Source of the DNA: a virus
Taxonomy: Duplodnaviria; Heunggongvirae; Uroviricota; Caudoviricetes
DNA: 64,000 nt
Virus record (IMG/VR): IMGVR_UViG_3300035678_000001
Direction: 5' to 3' (one strand)
Positions 1-9,355 of this stretch are shown one piece after another. The position numbers were made by a program, and so were the translations under genes. The notes beneath the pieces are model-generated. The model ran no database searches. It was given only the letters and a program-made list of their open reading frames with translations, and had not been told where the DNA came from. Every line of letters starts with the position of its first letter. Position 1 is the first letter of the stretch.

Positions 1-42
1 GGGTGGTCGTAGTAGAGGTTCGGGACGCCGCGACGGCGGTCG

Positions 43-603
43 TTACGCTCCATCGCCGCGAGCCTTCGTGTTGCGCAACACCGCATCGGTGTTGGCGTCC
101 ACAGCGACGGTGTTGCTGTCCATCGAGGCGTCGAGCGCACGAGACGCCTGCCCCTGCTCCTGGCGATCCATCGCAGCGGTGTTGCGGTTCATCGCCTCGG
201 TGTTGGCCTTCATCGACTCGTCGGAGGCGCCCTGGTCGATCTCCAAGATCCGACTCACCACCCTCTCGTCGCGGATCGTCAGGTAGCCCGTCGCGATCTC
301 GCTGGCGTAGAAGTAGCCGAGCACGAACAGGCCGTAGATGATGTTGTGGCTGAACGACGGCTTGTGGACGCCGTAGAGCGCGAGCACGCCGATGACGATG
401 CCGGTGACGGCCAGCCCGATGCGGACGGTGTAGCGAACGCGCTGGTTGATGGCGACCAGGGTCGAGCCCGTCTCCATGCCGCCAGCCGCTTCCATCTCGC
501 GGACGATCTTCAACTGCTGGTCGTACTGCCGGTAGACCCTGATGTGCCGGGTCAGCACGAAGGAGAGAATGGCGATCCAGATGATCGCCGGGATGTAGTT
601 CAT
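43..603 (-). CDS. Membrane protein (about 3 TM segments) with heptad NT-x-A repeats at the C-terminus; possible holin/lysis-cassette protein
   Basis: Hydrophobic segments (IIWIAILSFVL; IGLAVTGIVIGVLALYG; IIYGLFVLGYFY); ATGA coupling to the upstream gene; lies after the tail genes. Confidence 0.6.
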   Translation of the reverse strand: MNYIPAIIWIAILSFVLTRHIRVYRQYDQQLKIVREMEAAGGMETGSTLVAINQRVRYTVRIGLAVTGIVIGVLALYGVHKPSFSHNIIYGLFVLGYFYASEIATGYLTIRDERVVSRILEIDQGASDESMKANTEAMNRNTAAMDRQEQGQASRALDASMDSNTVAVDANTDAVLRNTKARGDGA

Positions 604-824
604 GGTCGCCCCTTCGGCTTCGGCTTGGCTTGGGCGACTGCGATCTCACGGCGGATCGTGCCGAACAGGCGCTGGGCCTCCTCTGCGTGACGCTGTGCCT
701 CTGCTGATGCTGCGATGGTGGCCGCGAGTGCTTCCGATGCCCGAGCAGCCATCTCGTCCTCGTTCGGGTCACGGTGCTCGTCATGCAACTCGGCCCTACG
801 CTTGGCCCAGCGCAGCCCCTTCAT
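600..824 (-). CDS. Small helical hypothetical protein (74 aa, MKGLRW...)
   Basis: ATG at 824 overlaps the stop of 821..1183 (ATGA); 3' part of the listed 600..1352 frame. Confidence 0.7.
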   Translation of the reverse strand: MKGLRWAKRRAELHDEHRDPNEDEMAARASEALAATIAASAEAQRHAEEAQRLFGTIRREIAVAQAKPKPKGRP

Positions 825-1183
825 CGCCCACCGCCGCCCCGCTTGGGTGGCATGGCCTCGCGCAGCAGTTCCAGACTCTGCTTGGCGCTCTCGGTCGCTG
901 CCGCCGACGTGTTGTTGGCCTGCTCCAATGCCTTCACCAGCGAGTCGCGCTGGGCCACCATGTCGTTGAAGCGGTTGTTGTCCGCCTCGCGCAGGCGGGC
1001 TACCGCCTTCGTCGTGGTCACCCGGTCGCTGTAGAACGCCCAGGCCACCAGCAGCAGGACAACGAGCGCCCCACCGGCACCTGTGACCAGCGGGACCAGA
1101 TCGGTGAAGGAAGTCCCCTTCACGATCTCGGATGCAGGGGCTGGGCTTGGCTCGACGGCCAGCAACAGCGCCAGAGGCGACAT
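821..1183 (-). CDS. Single-pass membrane protein with coiled-coil tail (lysis-cassette-like)
   Basis: TM segment LVTGAGGALVVLLLVAWAFY followed by a heptad-rich helix; GGAG RBS. Confidence 0.65.
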   Translation of the reverse strand: MSPLALLLAVEPSPAPASEIVKGTSFTDLVPLVTGAGGALVVLLLVAWAFYSDRVTTTKAVARLREADNNRFNDMVAQRDSLVKALEQANNTSAAATESAKQSLELLREAMPPKRGGGGR

Positions 1184-1215
1184 CGCTCATCGCTCCGTGC
1201 CGAGCACCCTGGCCG

Positions 1216-1419
1216 TCATGCCACCTGCTCCTTCTTGGTCTGCTCCGCAGCCAGCAAGGCCAGGAGTCGGGCGTGTTCATCCGCGAAGTACCAGTCCAAC
1301 TCGGCGCAGAAGTCGCGACCCCTCCGACCGAGCAGGAGCCACCACGCAGCATCGAACGCCGTGACGACGAACGCGCCGGACGCGGCCACGAAGCAACCGA
1401 TGTGGACGGCCCGCTTCAT
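1216..1419 (-). CDS. Small hydrophobic hypothetical protein
   Basis: AGGAGGT RBS before ATG 1419; downstream of the late motif. Confidence 0.6.
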   Translation of the reverse strand: MKRAVHIGCFVAASGAFVVTAFDAAWWLLLGRRGRDFCAELDWYFADEHARLLALLAAEQTKKEQVA

Positions 1420-1442
1420 GGTCACCTCCTGTGAGGACTCCC

Positions 1443-1454
1443 TCACCCCTTCAC
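1443..1454 (-). promoter_or_regulatory. GTGAAGGGGTGA motif copy (putative late promoter element)
   Basis: Exact 12-mer found 7 times, always intergenic or at a gene start, just upstream of an RBS on the coding strand. Confidence 0.7.
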
Positions 1455-1479
1455 AGGGCTGGAAGCACCCCAGACAGGA

Positions 1480-1800
1480 CTAGGTGACGGCTCTCAAGAC
1501 GAAGGTGTCCTCGCGGAGAGCGGTGCCGAGGGTGGCATCCAGAGCCTTGGCTCGCCACGTGTAGACGCCCGGCGCCATGCCGGTGGTGTCCAGCCGGTAG
1601 ATCCACTTGCCCTCGCCCGCCGAGGTGAAGACCGGCGAACCGACCGGGGTGGCCGGGACGTGCGGGGTCACGTTGGTCTGGATCACCGCGTCGAGGGCCA
1701 CGCCACCCGCCGGATCCGTGGGCGCTCGGGTCGCCGGGTCGAGGGTGTTGACCACCAGCACGATGGTCGCCCCCACGAGGAAGTCGGTCCGATCAGCCAC
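1480..1800 (-). CDS. Virion structural protein, Ig-like/beta-sandwich (tail-associated)
   Basis: Beta-rich 106 aa protein (GKWIYRLDTTGMAPGVYTWRAKA); GGGAGG RBS; tail-gene context. Confidence 0.55.
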   Translation of the reverse strand: MADRTDFLVGATIVLVVNTLDPATRAPTDPAGGVALDAVIQTNVTPHVPATPVGSPVFTSAGEGKWIYRLDTTGMAPGVYTWRAKALDATLGTALREDTFVLRAVT

Positions 1801-1812
1801 GGTGGCCTCCCT

Positions 1813-1824
1813 TCACCCCTTCAC
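1813..1824 (-). promoter_or_regulatory. GTGAAGGGGTGA motif copy
   Basis: Exact 12-mer directly before the RBS of 1480..1800. Confidence 0.7.
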
Positions 1825-1829
1825 TGGTG

Positions 1830-3671
1830 TCAGTCGCCCTCGGACAGCAAGTCCTGCTCGATGCTGGGCTGGACAACGCCCGCCATCTCGAACGGCGTGT
1901 CCTGCTCGCCCTCCAACAGGTAGAGCCCGGACACGGACAGCACCAACTCCATCGGGACTCCCTGGGCGGTCGTGAGGGCGAAGGCGAGCGCCTCGTCCAT
2001 GTCGAGGTCGAAGGGCTGCTCGAACGGGCTGCGGGGCAGCCGGTAGATCCGCTCGCGGACGGCGGTGTCGATCATCGCGGCCAGCGAGTCGGTCGCTGTA
2101 CGACGCAGCGTGATGAGCGCGATGAGCGCCAGGTCGAACGTGGGCGCCTCGACGGTCAGGCGACTCGCAGAGATGGTGCGCTGCGCCGTCTCTGTGGGCA
2201 CCAGCAGGGCGCTGACCGTCCGGGGGTACGTCGCCACCCTGCTGGCGTCATCGACCAGACTGACAGCCTCCTGCGCCCGCCGCAGGAAGATCCGTGTCTG
2301 GGTCGCCGTCGCATCGGCTTGCACGAGCGCCTCGACCAGCCGGGCGACCGTCGTCGTACGACGGACAGTTCCAACTGCGAGCACCGACTCGTTGGAGAGT
2401 CGGCTTACCGATGCAAGACGACTTGCAACGTCGGTGGTCGTCACCTGATCGAGTGAAGTCCGCCGGAGATCGCGGACGAAGGACGCGCTATCGGTCAGAA
2501 CCGATACCTCGTCGGCTGCCGACCGGCTCTGGGTGACCTGTCGGATGGCTCGCTGCGTTGATACTTCTATCCGCACGATGGTCCGACTGACCTGGGTGGT
2601 GCGCTGGGCCACGGCGAGCACGACGGCCAACTCGGTGGGCGAGCGGACCAGATCGAGTTGGCGGGCCACGAACTCGTCCACCCCGAGCGCCTCGCTGACG
2701 GCCCTGGTGTGCGTATGCAGGCGGGTCACCGTCTCGGACTGGACTACCTGCTCGCTGACGGGCCGGTTGTAGTCCACCCGGCGGGCCGGGTAGAGCCGCA
2801 GGTGGGCCGAGCCACCGATGCCCGTGATGGTCCGCACGAAGGTCGTGTTGGTGGCGACGGTGATCGTCTCGCGCACCTGCTCGGAGATGGTGCGAGACAC
2901 CATCAGGCTGGCGTCGGAGGAAGCATCTTCGGCCATGCTCTCCGAGGTCGAGCGCCCGAAGACGTGGTTGAACGACACCGCCACGGCCTCGGTCAGAGAC
3001 TCGCTGAACGACCGGACGTACGACACCTGCCGGAAACCACGCTGGCTCGATGCCGACAGCGACTCCGAGCCCGTGCGCGAGAAGGTCGAGGTGGTGGTGG
3101 CAGACACGACCTGGCCGGGTGCAGTGTCGAAGGCCGTCCGCAGGAACATCGACGCAGTACGAGCCGAGTCGGTCTGCGCGGTGGCCTCGTCAGCCTCTCG
3201 GCTGTACGCCGCTACTCGGTCGGCGGTGGCTCCTCCTCCTCGTCCCAACTCGACCAGATCGCGGAGGTAGTCCGCACGACGCTCGGCCTGTTGTTCCAGT
3301 GCATCGGCTGCCACCGTGGCCGACCGGGAGGCCGTGGTCCGGCGGTCGGCTGTGGCCGACATCGCCAGCACATCGTCAGCCTCCCTTACCAGCGACAGCG
3401 ACCGCGTGGCAGAAACGACCTCGGCATCTTGCGCCGACGCGGTGCGAACAAGGGCGAGTACGCGGGTCGCCACGGCGTCGAACGAGGTGCCATCTGCTGC
3501 GCTCCTAGCGGTCGATGTGCTCCGGTTCATCGTGTCGGTGGTGTCCACCGAGTTCAGGGCGGTACGGGCAGCAGCGACCGTGCGCGTTGCCGCATCGGAC
3601 AGCACGAGGGAGTCGCTGGCGGTGCGGGCGTAGTGCCGGGCGACCTGCCGCCAGAACAGGAGCAGTGACAC
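1830..3671 (-). CDS. Tail fibre/minor tail protein with short R/T/S/V-rich beta repeats
   Basis: 613 aa low-complexity periodic sequence (R-T-x-S-D/E units); strong GAGGAGGAG RBS. Confidence 0.6.
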   Translation of the reverse strand: MSLLLFWRQVARHYARTASDSLVLSDAATRTVAAARTALNSVDTTDTMNRSTSTARSAADGTSFDAVATRVLALVRTASAQDAEVVSATRSLSLVREADDVLAMSATADRRTTASRSATVAADALEQQAERRADYLRDLVELGRGGGATADRVAAYSREADEATAQTDSARTASMFLRTAFDTAPGQVVSATTTSTFSRTGSESLSASSQRGFRQVSYVRSFSESLTEAVAVSFNHVFGRSTSESMAEDASSDASLMVSRTISEQVRETITVATNTTFVRTITGIGGSAHLRLYPARRVDYNRPVSEQVVQSETVTRLHTHTRAVSEALGVDEFVARQLDLVRSPTELAVVLAVAQRTTQVSRTIVRIEVSTQRAIRQVTQSRSAADEVSVLTDSASFVRDLRRTSLDQVTTTDVASRLASVSRLSNESVLAVGTVRRTTTVARLVEALVQADATATQTRIFLRRAQEAVSLVDDASRVATYPRTVSALLVPTETAQRTISASRLTVEAPTFDLALIALITLRRTATDSLAAMIDTAVRERIYRLPRSPFEQPFDLDMDEALAFALTTAQGVPMELVLSVSGLYLLEGEQDTPFEMAGVVQPSIEQDLLSEGD

Positions 3672-3700
3672 GCGCTCCTCCTCTGGCTGTCAGCACGGGA

Positions 3701-4219
3701 CTAGGACTGGGTGATGGTCGAGACGTACACGATGGAGACGGCAGCCGTCTTGGTGAACGGGCCGATCACCACGCGGTTGAACATCACCGAGGTGCCGTTG
3801 GTCGTGCCGTTGAAGTAGCCCGCCTCGTTCCACTGGAAGTTGGCCGAGCCAGTGGCGAAGGTGGACTGGATGGTGAGCACCGTGCCCGCCACCGAGGGGT
3901 ACGTCGCGTCAGCAGCCTGCAACAGCACCGAGCCAGCGACCGTGGGGTTCAACTGGGTCTGGCCGACCGCAGCCGCCGTGGAGTCGGTGCCGACGCCCAG
4001 TGAGGTGAACGCAGCAGTCGCGTTGGTGCCACCGAGGCGCTGCAAGTACGCCGTCTTGCCCGACGTGACGATGGTGTTCTTGAAGGTCTTGTCGAACAGC
4101 ACCGGGTTGAGTGGCACCAGCAGGCCGGTGCGCTCGTCGGTGCCGTACTCGACATCGCCCTCGTAGGCGATGAAGCGGTGCAGGCCCACCAGCGGGCCAG
4201 CGAGGTCGAGGGTCTTCAC
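3701..4219 (-). CDS. Minor tail/baseplate-associated protein
   Basis: NTIVTSG...GTDSTAA...FATGSANFQWNEAGYFN...MFNRVV resembles common phage tail-fibre-base domains; GTG start overlaps the upstream stop. Confidence 0.65.
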   Translation of the reverse strand: MKTLDLAGPLVGLHRFIAYEGDVEYGTDERTGLLVPLNPVLFDKTFKNTIVTSGKTAYLQRLGGTNATAAFTSLGVGTDSTAAAVGQTQLNPTVAGSVLLQAADATYPSVAGTVLTIQSTFATGSANFQWNEAGYFNGTTNGTSVMFNRVVIGPFTKTAAVSIVYVSTITQS

Positions 4220-4554
4220 TGGTCTGTCTCCTTGGCTCCGCAGCCTTCGCAGACGAAGACGTGCTGGTGGGGTGGGTTGGCGTACTGCTCGGCGGTCACG
4301 TTCTCGACCTGCTGCGCACCACACGCGCAGCGGAAGGTCAGGTGGTGCTGGCCCTCGGTGATGCCAGCGCCGAGCAACACCCAGGCGTGCTCGTCGTCGG
4401 TGTGCTCGATCTTGTCGGTGTAGAAGATCGTGACGCTGCCGTCGTCGTTGTGCTTGATCGTGGCGATGGACTGACCAGCCGGGTCCGGCGGCAGCACGAT
4501 GGCAGCCCCGCCCTCGGTCGGCGTGTTGGCCTGCTCGTTGCTGTTGACGCTCAT
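4216..4554 (-). CDS. Hypothetical protein with CxC...CxxC (possible tail assembly chaperone)
   Basis: ORF with GGAG RBS, coupled to the downstream gene. Confidence 0.6.
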   Translation of the reverse strand: MSVNSNEQANTPTEGGAAIVLPPDPAGQSIATIKHNDDGSVTIFYTDKIEHTDDEHAWVLLGAGITEGQHHLTFRCACGAQQVENVTAEQYANPPHQHVFVCEGCGAKETDQ

Positions 4555-4570
4555 GCTGCTCTCCTAGTTG

Positions 4571-5584
4571 TCATGCTGCCCACCGGATCCGAACCTCGCC
4601 GCGCCCACCCGTTGAGCCAGCACCGGGAGCAGTGACAGAGCCACCGCCACCACCACCTCCACCACCACGAGGCGAGCCAGCAACACCAGCACCTGTTGCG
4701 CCAGCGCCACCGTTACCACCGTTGGCGACACCACCGGCACCGGCAGCGGGAGCCGCACCAGCGTTGCCACCGTTGTTGGCGTCACCGGCACCACCACCAC
4801 CGCCACCGCCGTTGGACAGCAAAGCACCTGCGGCACCCGTTCCTCCGACGAATGAGGTGGTGCCGATGTTGGTGCTGGCGCTGTTGCCGCCCTTGGCTCG
4901 GATGGTGGTCGCGGTGTTGAACCATGAGTCGTTGCCGACACCGGCCACAGCAGAGGTAGCGCCGACCGTGACGGTGTACGTGTTTCCGGGGACGACGGCC
5001 AGCACAGAGCGGGAGTACGACCCACCGATGCCACCCGTGCCGCCGTTGGTGGATGTGCCTGCCGCACCACCCTGCCCGCCACCCCAGCACTCGACGGTGA
5101 CCGAAGTGACCCCAGCAGGGCAGACCCAAGTCCCGGTGGCGATGTATTGGACCTGCATCGTCTGGGCTTCGGCAGGCGTCGTGCTCGTATCGGGAGCAGT
5201 GGCCTTGAGCGAGAAGGCTTCGGTCGGCGTCGTACTGGTGTCCGAGGACGTGTTGGTCAACGCGAAGGTCGCCACGTCGGTCGGCGTCGTGCTCGTATCG
5301 GGAGCAGTCACCTTGAGCGAGAAGGCTTCGGTCGGGGTGTTCACGGTGTCGGGTGTCGCAACCTTGAACGACAGCCCTTCGGTCGGCGTGTTCACGGTGT
5401 CTGGGGCGGTGAAGGACAGCGACAGCGCCTCGGTGGGCGTCGGGGAGATCTCGGCAGCGATGATCTTGATGAAGCCGATGGAGTCCACCGTCAGCGAGGA
5501 GCCTGCCGGGTTGCCACCAGGGGTGACGACGACAGGCGCGGCGGTGACAGCCGGGTTGTGAGAGCGGATGCGGGTGGCAGGCAT
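4571..5584 (-). CDS. Glycine-rich tail fibre protein with tandem T-A-P-D-T-x-x-T-P-T repeats
   Basis: TAATG overlap start; W-x-CPAGVTSVTVECWGGG glycine-rich domain typical of phage fibres. Confidence 0.7.
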   Translation of the reverse strand: MPATRIRSHNPAVTAAPVVVTPGGNPAGSSLTVDSIGFIKIIAAEISPTPTEALSLSFTAPDTVNTPTEGLSFKVATPDTVNTPTEAFSLKVTAPDTSTTPTDVATFALTNTSSDTSTTPTEAFSLKATAPDTSTTPAEAQTMQVQYIATGTWVCPAGVTSVTVECWGGGQGGAAGTSTNGGTGGIGGSYSRSVLAVVPGNTYTVTVGATSAVAGVGNDSWFNTATTIRAKGGNSASTNIGTTSFVGGTGAAGALLSNGGGGGGGAGDANNGGNAGAAPAAGAGGVANGGNGGAGATGAGVAGSPRGGGGGGGGGSVTAPGAGSTGGRGEVRIRWAA

Positions 5585-8208
5585 TACGGGGTCGCCCCAC
5601 CCAACTGGGCCACGCAGACACGCACCACGTCTGCACCCGTCGTCTCGACGGTCTTGATGCCCACCCGGTCGATCTGCGCGTTGGTGCCGTTCCACACCGG
5701 CTGGTCCACCAGCAGTGTCATCGCGGCGATGTCTGCGAAGACCCACGAGCGGTCAGCAAAGATCGACGCCTCGTAGACGGCATCTCCACTAGAGGTCAGC
5801 GTCTGGGTCAGCATGGTCGCCCCGATGGTGCCGCCGATCTGGTAGCGCACCCGGACCTGCGGCGAGACAGCAGGAGCGGGCTTGAGGGTGGCCGCGATGA
5901 CGGCGTACGCCGACGAGCCGGACAGCGTGCCCGAGTACGCCTGCGCCCCCGAGGCTGCCAGGGCCAGCGTGCCGACCGCAAGGTCAGCCGCAGAGCCACC
6001 GCCGCCCGTCACGGTGTCGGCCTGCTCTGTGAAGCCGTCCCCGAAGGTCATCGACCGCTGGCTCTCCGCGACCGCCTGGTACGCCAGACCCAGTGCCGTG
6101 CCCACGATGGAGTCGGCGTAGGTCGTGCCCGACGCAGGCGAGGGCAGGTTCTCGTGGTTGTCGAACGGCGTCGTCGGATCCACCCCGGTGATGCGGGACA
6201 CCGCGATGGAGCAGTTGGTCGCCGCTGCCGAGAACGACGCGGTGACCGGGCCGGTCGTGGTGACGGGCGTGGTGTTGTACCAGAGCGAGAGCCGCTGGGT
6301 CGCACCTGAACTAGTCACGTCCTCGATCTGCGCCCAGGTCGCACCCATGCCGGTGACACCCGACACGACAGAGGCTGCGTTGCGGCGAGCCACGGCCACG
6401 AGGTAGCGCGTGGACGGCGTGGGGTCGGCGGTGACCGCAGGGCTGGCGATAGACGTGACGTTGGCTCCGACCGCCGACACCGTGTCGATGTGGGTAGCCG
6501 TCAGGGTGGCAGCGGCAGCCGGATCCTTGCGCGCCTCGACCTGCAACCGCACATCGGCAAGGGCGGTGCCGGTACTGGGAGTGGAGAAGCCGGTGACCGA
6601 CAGCGCCGACAGCGCCGAGGTGAGGATGGCCCGTGCGTCGTCGGACAGCAGCACGTTGTCGGGGTTGGTGACAGCCGTGACACCGGAGGTCGCGGAGCCG
6701 TTGCGGGTGTAGGTGCTCGCGGCACCACCGATGGCTGCCAGCGTCCAGTAGAGCGTCGAGCCTTCCATCAGGTCGAGGTCGATGGACGAGCGGGCCATCA
6801 GCACGTCGCCCTGGCGGTTGGCGACCTTGGTCGCGGACTCGGAGTAGTAGCAGTCGAGGGTCGCGTGCGGGTTGGTGAAGCGCACCGTCGCACGAGTGGT
6901 GAGCGGCGTGGTGGGGAGCGGGATGACAGCGGCGCCGTTCACGTCACCCTGCTCCGTGATGAGGCTGGGCAGCGCCTTGAGGACCAGTCCTTCCTCAAGG
7001 TTGGTGACGTTGACATCGGCAGCCCGCTTGGACCCGACAGCCGTGGCCGTCGTGTGCGCGTAGGACGTGGCGTCCTCGGACTTCCGCATGATGGTGAGCG
7101 CCTTGGTCACCACGGCCATCGGCACGCCGTTGGGCGGCGCCTCGCCAATAGGCGATGCGGGGTTCACCGCACCTTGGAGGAAGGTGACATCCAGACCGAA
7201 GCGGGCCTGGGCAGCCGGGCCGTTGACGTAGCGGACGCGCACCCACCGGGACTGCATGGTGAAGGCGCGGCGAAAGAGCGCGTTCGCAGTGACCGGGATG
7301 GCCTGCGACAACTGGACGCTGGCATCTGTCGTGGGGACGGGCGCGGCCTCGTCGGAGAAGTCAACGTAGAGCGTGCCCGCAACATCAGCGAAGGCAGTGA
7401 GCGCCATGCCGCCGTACTTCGCCGCCCACTCGACCCACGGGCCTCGGAAGATGTGGTCCGTGCCGCCCGTGTCACCGTTGAGCGGCGTGCTCGTAGAACT
7501 CAACGAGTGGCGACCCTGCACGTTGACGTTGGTGAAGTCGTTGTCCGGGGTGAGGCCAGCCTGCACAGCGCGAGTTAGCAGCGCCTGGGAGAAGAACGAC
7601 AAGGCGCCGTCGAGGGCACCGTAGGAGCCGGTGAAGGGGAACTGGTTGCGGGCGAAGTAGACGATGGGGTTCTGCGTCTGCGGGGTCGCTCCGTTGGTCA
7701 CCTTGAGGCGGGCGTAGCGCCCCTGGTAGCCGCCGTTGGAGATGAGCAGGTAGACCGCGTAGGTGAACGGGCCGCTCGCCACGTCCCTGCGGACGAGCAC
7801 CGAGGTCGCCTTCACGGTGGCTGCGTCGTCGGAGTATTCGACCACTACCGAGGCAGGGGCTTCCGCGATGGGCTGGATGGCGTACAGCACAAGCAGATTG
7901 CCGTGCCGCTCGATGTTCTTCCAGACCCCGGTGAAGACCTCACCAGCGCCTTGCGGCGTCGAGAACTGGTTGTCGGTGTCGTCGCCCGAGGTCGCGCTGA
8001 TGTTGCGGACGACCAACGCGAAGTCGTCAGCGTTCGGCTCGTCCGAGCGAACTGCCGCGTCCGTGTTTGGACCCTGCCCAGCCAGCAGGAACCGCTGGCG
8101 ATCCCGCAGGTCGCCGGAGCCGTAGTCGATCTCGTGCGTATCGACCGTCGTGACGACGGTGCTTGTCGGGCCTGTCGGCTCATAGATCTTGGTGCCGTCG
8201 TCGGCCAT
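5584..8208 (-). CDS. Large minor tail/receptor-binding protein
   Basis: 874 aa Thr/Ala/Val/Ser-rich, multi-beta-domain sequence in the tail module. Confidence 0.65.
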   Translation of the reverse strand: MADDGTKIYEPTGPTSTVVTTVDTHEIDYGSGDLRDRQRFLLAGQGPNTDAAVRSDEPNADDFALVVRNISATSGDDTDNQFSTPQGAGEVFTGVWKNIERHGNLLVLYAIQPIAEAPASVVVEYSDDAATVKATSVLVRRDVASGPFTYAVYLLISNGGYQGRYARLKVTNGATPQTQNPIVYFARNQFPFTGSYGALDGALSFFSQALLTRAVQAGLTPDNDFTNVNVQGRHSLSSTSTPLNGDTGGTDHIFRGPWVEWAAKYGGMALTAFADVAGTLYVDFSDEAAPVPTTDASVQLSQAIPVTANALFRRAFTMQSRWVRVRYVNGPAAQARFGLDVTFLQGAVNPASPIGEAPPNGVPMAVVTKALTIMRKSEDATSYAHTTATAVGSKRAADVNVTNLEEGLVLKALPSLITEQGDVNGAAVIPLPTTPLTTRATVRFTNPHATLDCYYSESATKVANRQGDVLMARSSIDLDLMEGSTLYWTLAAIGGAASTYTRNGSATSGVTAVTNPDNVLLSDDARAILTSALSALSVTGFSTPSTGTALADVRLQVEARKDPAAAATLTATHIDTVSAVGANVTSIASPAVTADPTPSTRYLVAVARRNAASVVSGVTGMGATWAQIEDVTSSGATQRLSLWYNTTPVTTTGPVTASFSAAATNCSIAVSRITGVDPTTPFDNHENLPSPASGTTYADSIVGTALGLAYQAVAESQRSMTFGDGFTEQADTVTGGGGSAADLAVGTLALAASGAQAYSGTLSGSSAYAVIAATLKPAPAVSPQVRVRYQIGGTIGATMLTQTLTSSGDAVYEASIFADRSWVFADIAAMTLLVDQPVWNGTNAQIDRVGIKTVETTGADVVRVCVAQLGGATP

Positions 8209-8211
8209 CGG

Positions 8212-8649
8212 CTACGGCCCGAAGTCGATGCTCACGGTCTGGTTGAGCGAGTCGGTGCCCGTCAGGACCGGAGGGTTGGGCTCGGTCGTCTCGAAGACCA
8301 GCGTGCCGGTGTTGGCCGCACCAGGCACGCCAGCGACCGTGGGACTGACGACACCGACCGCGTAGATCGTGTGCGGGTTGGTGTTGGGCGAGGCCGAGTT
8401 GGTGAACGTCTTCTGCAACGTCGAGGTCTGCGCGCCACCCGTGTGCAGGTACACCGCGACGGCGCGAGCGAAGCCGTCAGCGGTGGCCTCGTGCGCCGTG
8501 TCGCCACCGAGGGTCGTGTGCGTGTTGGAGCCCTGCGGCGGCACCGTGAAGTTCACGTCAGCCAGCGCCAGCACGTTGGCCGGACTGGGCTGGGGCGACT
8601 TGAACAGGGCGTCCGACACGAAGTCGCGGCCCGCACTGGTACGGCTCAC
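8212..8649 (-). CDS. Minor tail protein
   Basis: ALADVNF...LGGD...GFARA...LQKTFT...TLVFET pattern typical of small tail proteins. Confidence 0.6.
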   Translation of the reverse strand: MSRTSAGRDFVSDALFKSPQPSPANVLALADVNFTVPPQGSNTHTTLGGDTAHEATADGFARAVAVYLHTGGAQTSTLQKTFTNSASPNTNPHTIYAVGVVSPTVAGVPGAANTGTLVFETTEPNPPVLTGTDSLNQTVSIDFGP

Positions 8650-9044
8650 TGGTCTGCTCCTGTCACGTCCACGGCCTCGACGCCCAGGAGGGCAGCGAGC
8701 CGAGCAGCGAACTGCGGGTTGTCCGCCGAGCCGACCCCGGTGATGTGGTCGGTCGCGACGTGGCGGTCCGTGAGCGACTGCACGAGGTGCGTGAGCGCCT
8801 GCGGGTTGGGGTCGTAGCCGTCCGGGATGTCGATGACCGTGCCGTTGCCCGGCTGCTCGACCGCGACCTTGTGGCGCTCCTCCGTCTCGCCCGACAGCGC
8901 ACTCTCGACCGAGTAGATGCCGAGCGACTCCACGACCTCGCCCTGGTAGGTCAGGTGACCGTCAGGCGTCTCGTCGGAGGCAGTCTCGTCCTTCACGATG
9001 TCGAAGTGGTTGTCGTGGAAGACCACGAGGCGGCAGGCGTCCAT
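8646..9044 (-). CDS. Hypothetical (probably structural) protein
   Basis: Coupled ORF with GAGAG RBS. Confidence 0.6.
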   Translation of the reverse strand: MDACRLVVFHDNHFDIVKDETASDETPDGHLTYQGEVVESLGIYSVESALSGETEERHKVAVEQPGNGTVIDIPDGYDPNPQALTHLVQSLTDRHVATDHITGVGSADNPQFAARLAALLGVEAVDVTGADQ

Positions 9045-9067
9045 CAGGGCTCTCTCTCGGGCTCGAA

Positions 9068-9355
9068 CTACTCGGGCGCTGCGGCGGGCTGGGGCATCTC
9101 GGCGTCAGGCTGCGGCTGGTGGGCGTCGATGGTCATGTTCACGACCTCCGCGTCCACGCTGTCGGGCTTGACGTAGAGGTTCGCCGGGTTGGTCGGAGAG
9201 GTCGGCACGTCGTAGCGGTGACCGACGAGGTAGCAGCCGAAGCCGTCCGGGTTGCCCAGCGCGGTCTTCAACTCGTCGGCCAACTGCGCGTAGTTCACCG
9301 GCTTGATGACCTCGAACATGGCCTCACCCTCGGCGGGCGCTGCGGGCTGCGTCAT
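9068..9355 (-). CDS. Hypothetical protein
   Basis: ATGA overlap with the stop of 9352..12306. Confidence 0.6.
   Translation of the reverse strand: MTQPAAPAEGEAMFEVIKPVNYAQLADELKTALGNPDGFGCYLVGHRYDVPTSPTNPANLYVKPDSVDAEVVNMTIDAHQPQPDAEMPQPAAAPE

Noticed and set aside
1187-1219. 10-codon ORF (MTARVLGTER) in frame with 821..1183 and separated by one TGA; possible readthrough
   Set aside because: The downstream gene has its own GGAG RBS; the mini-ORF is easily explained by chance in an ATGA-coupled region
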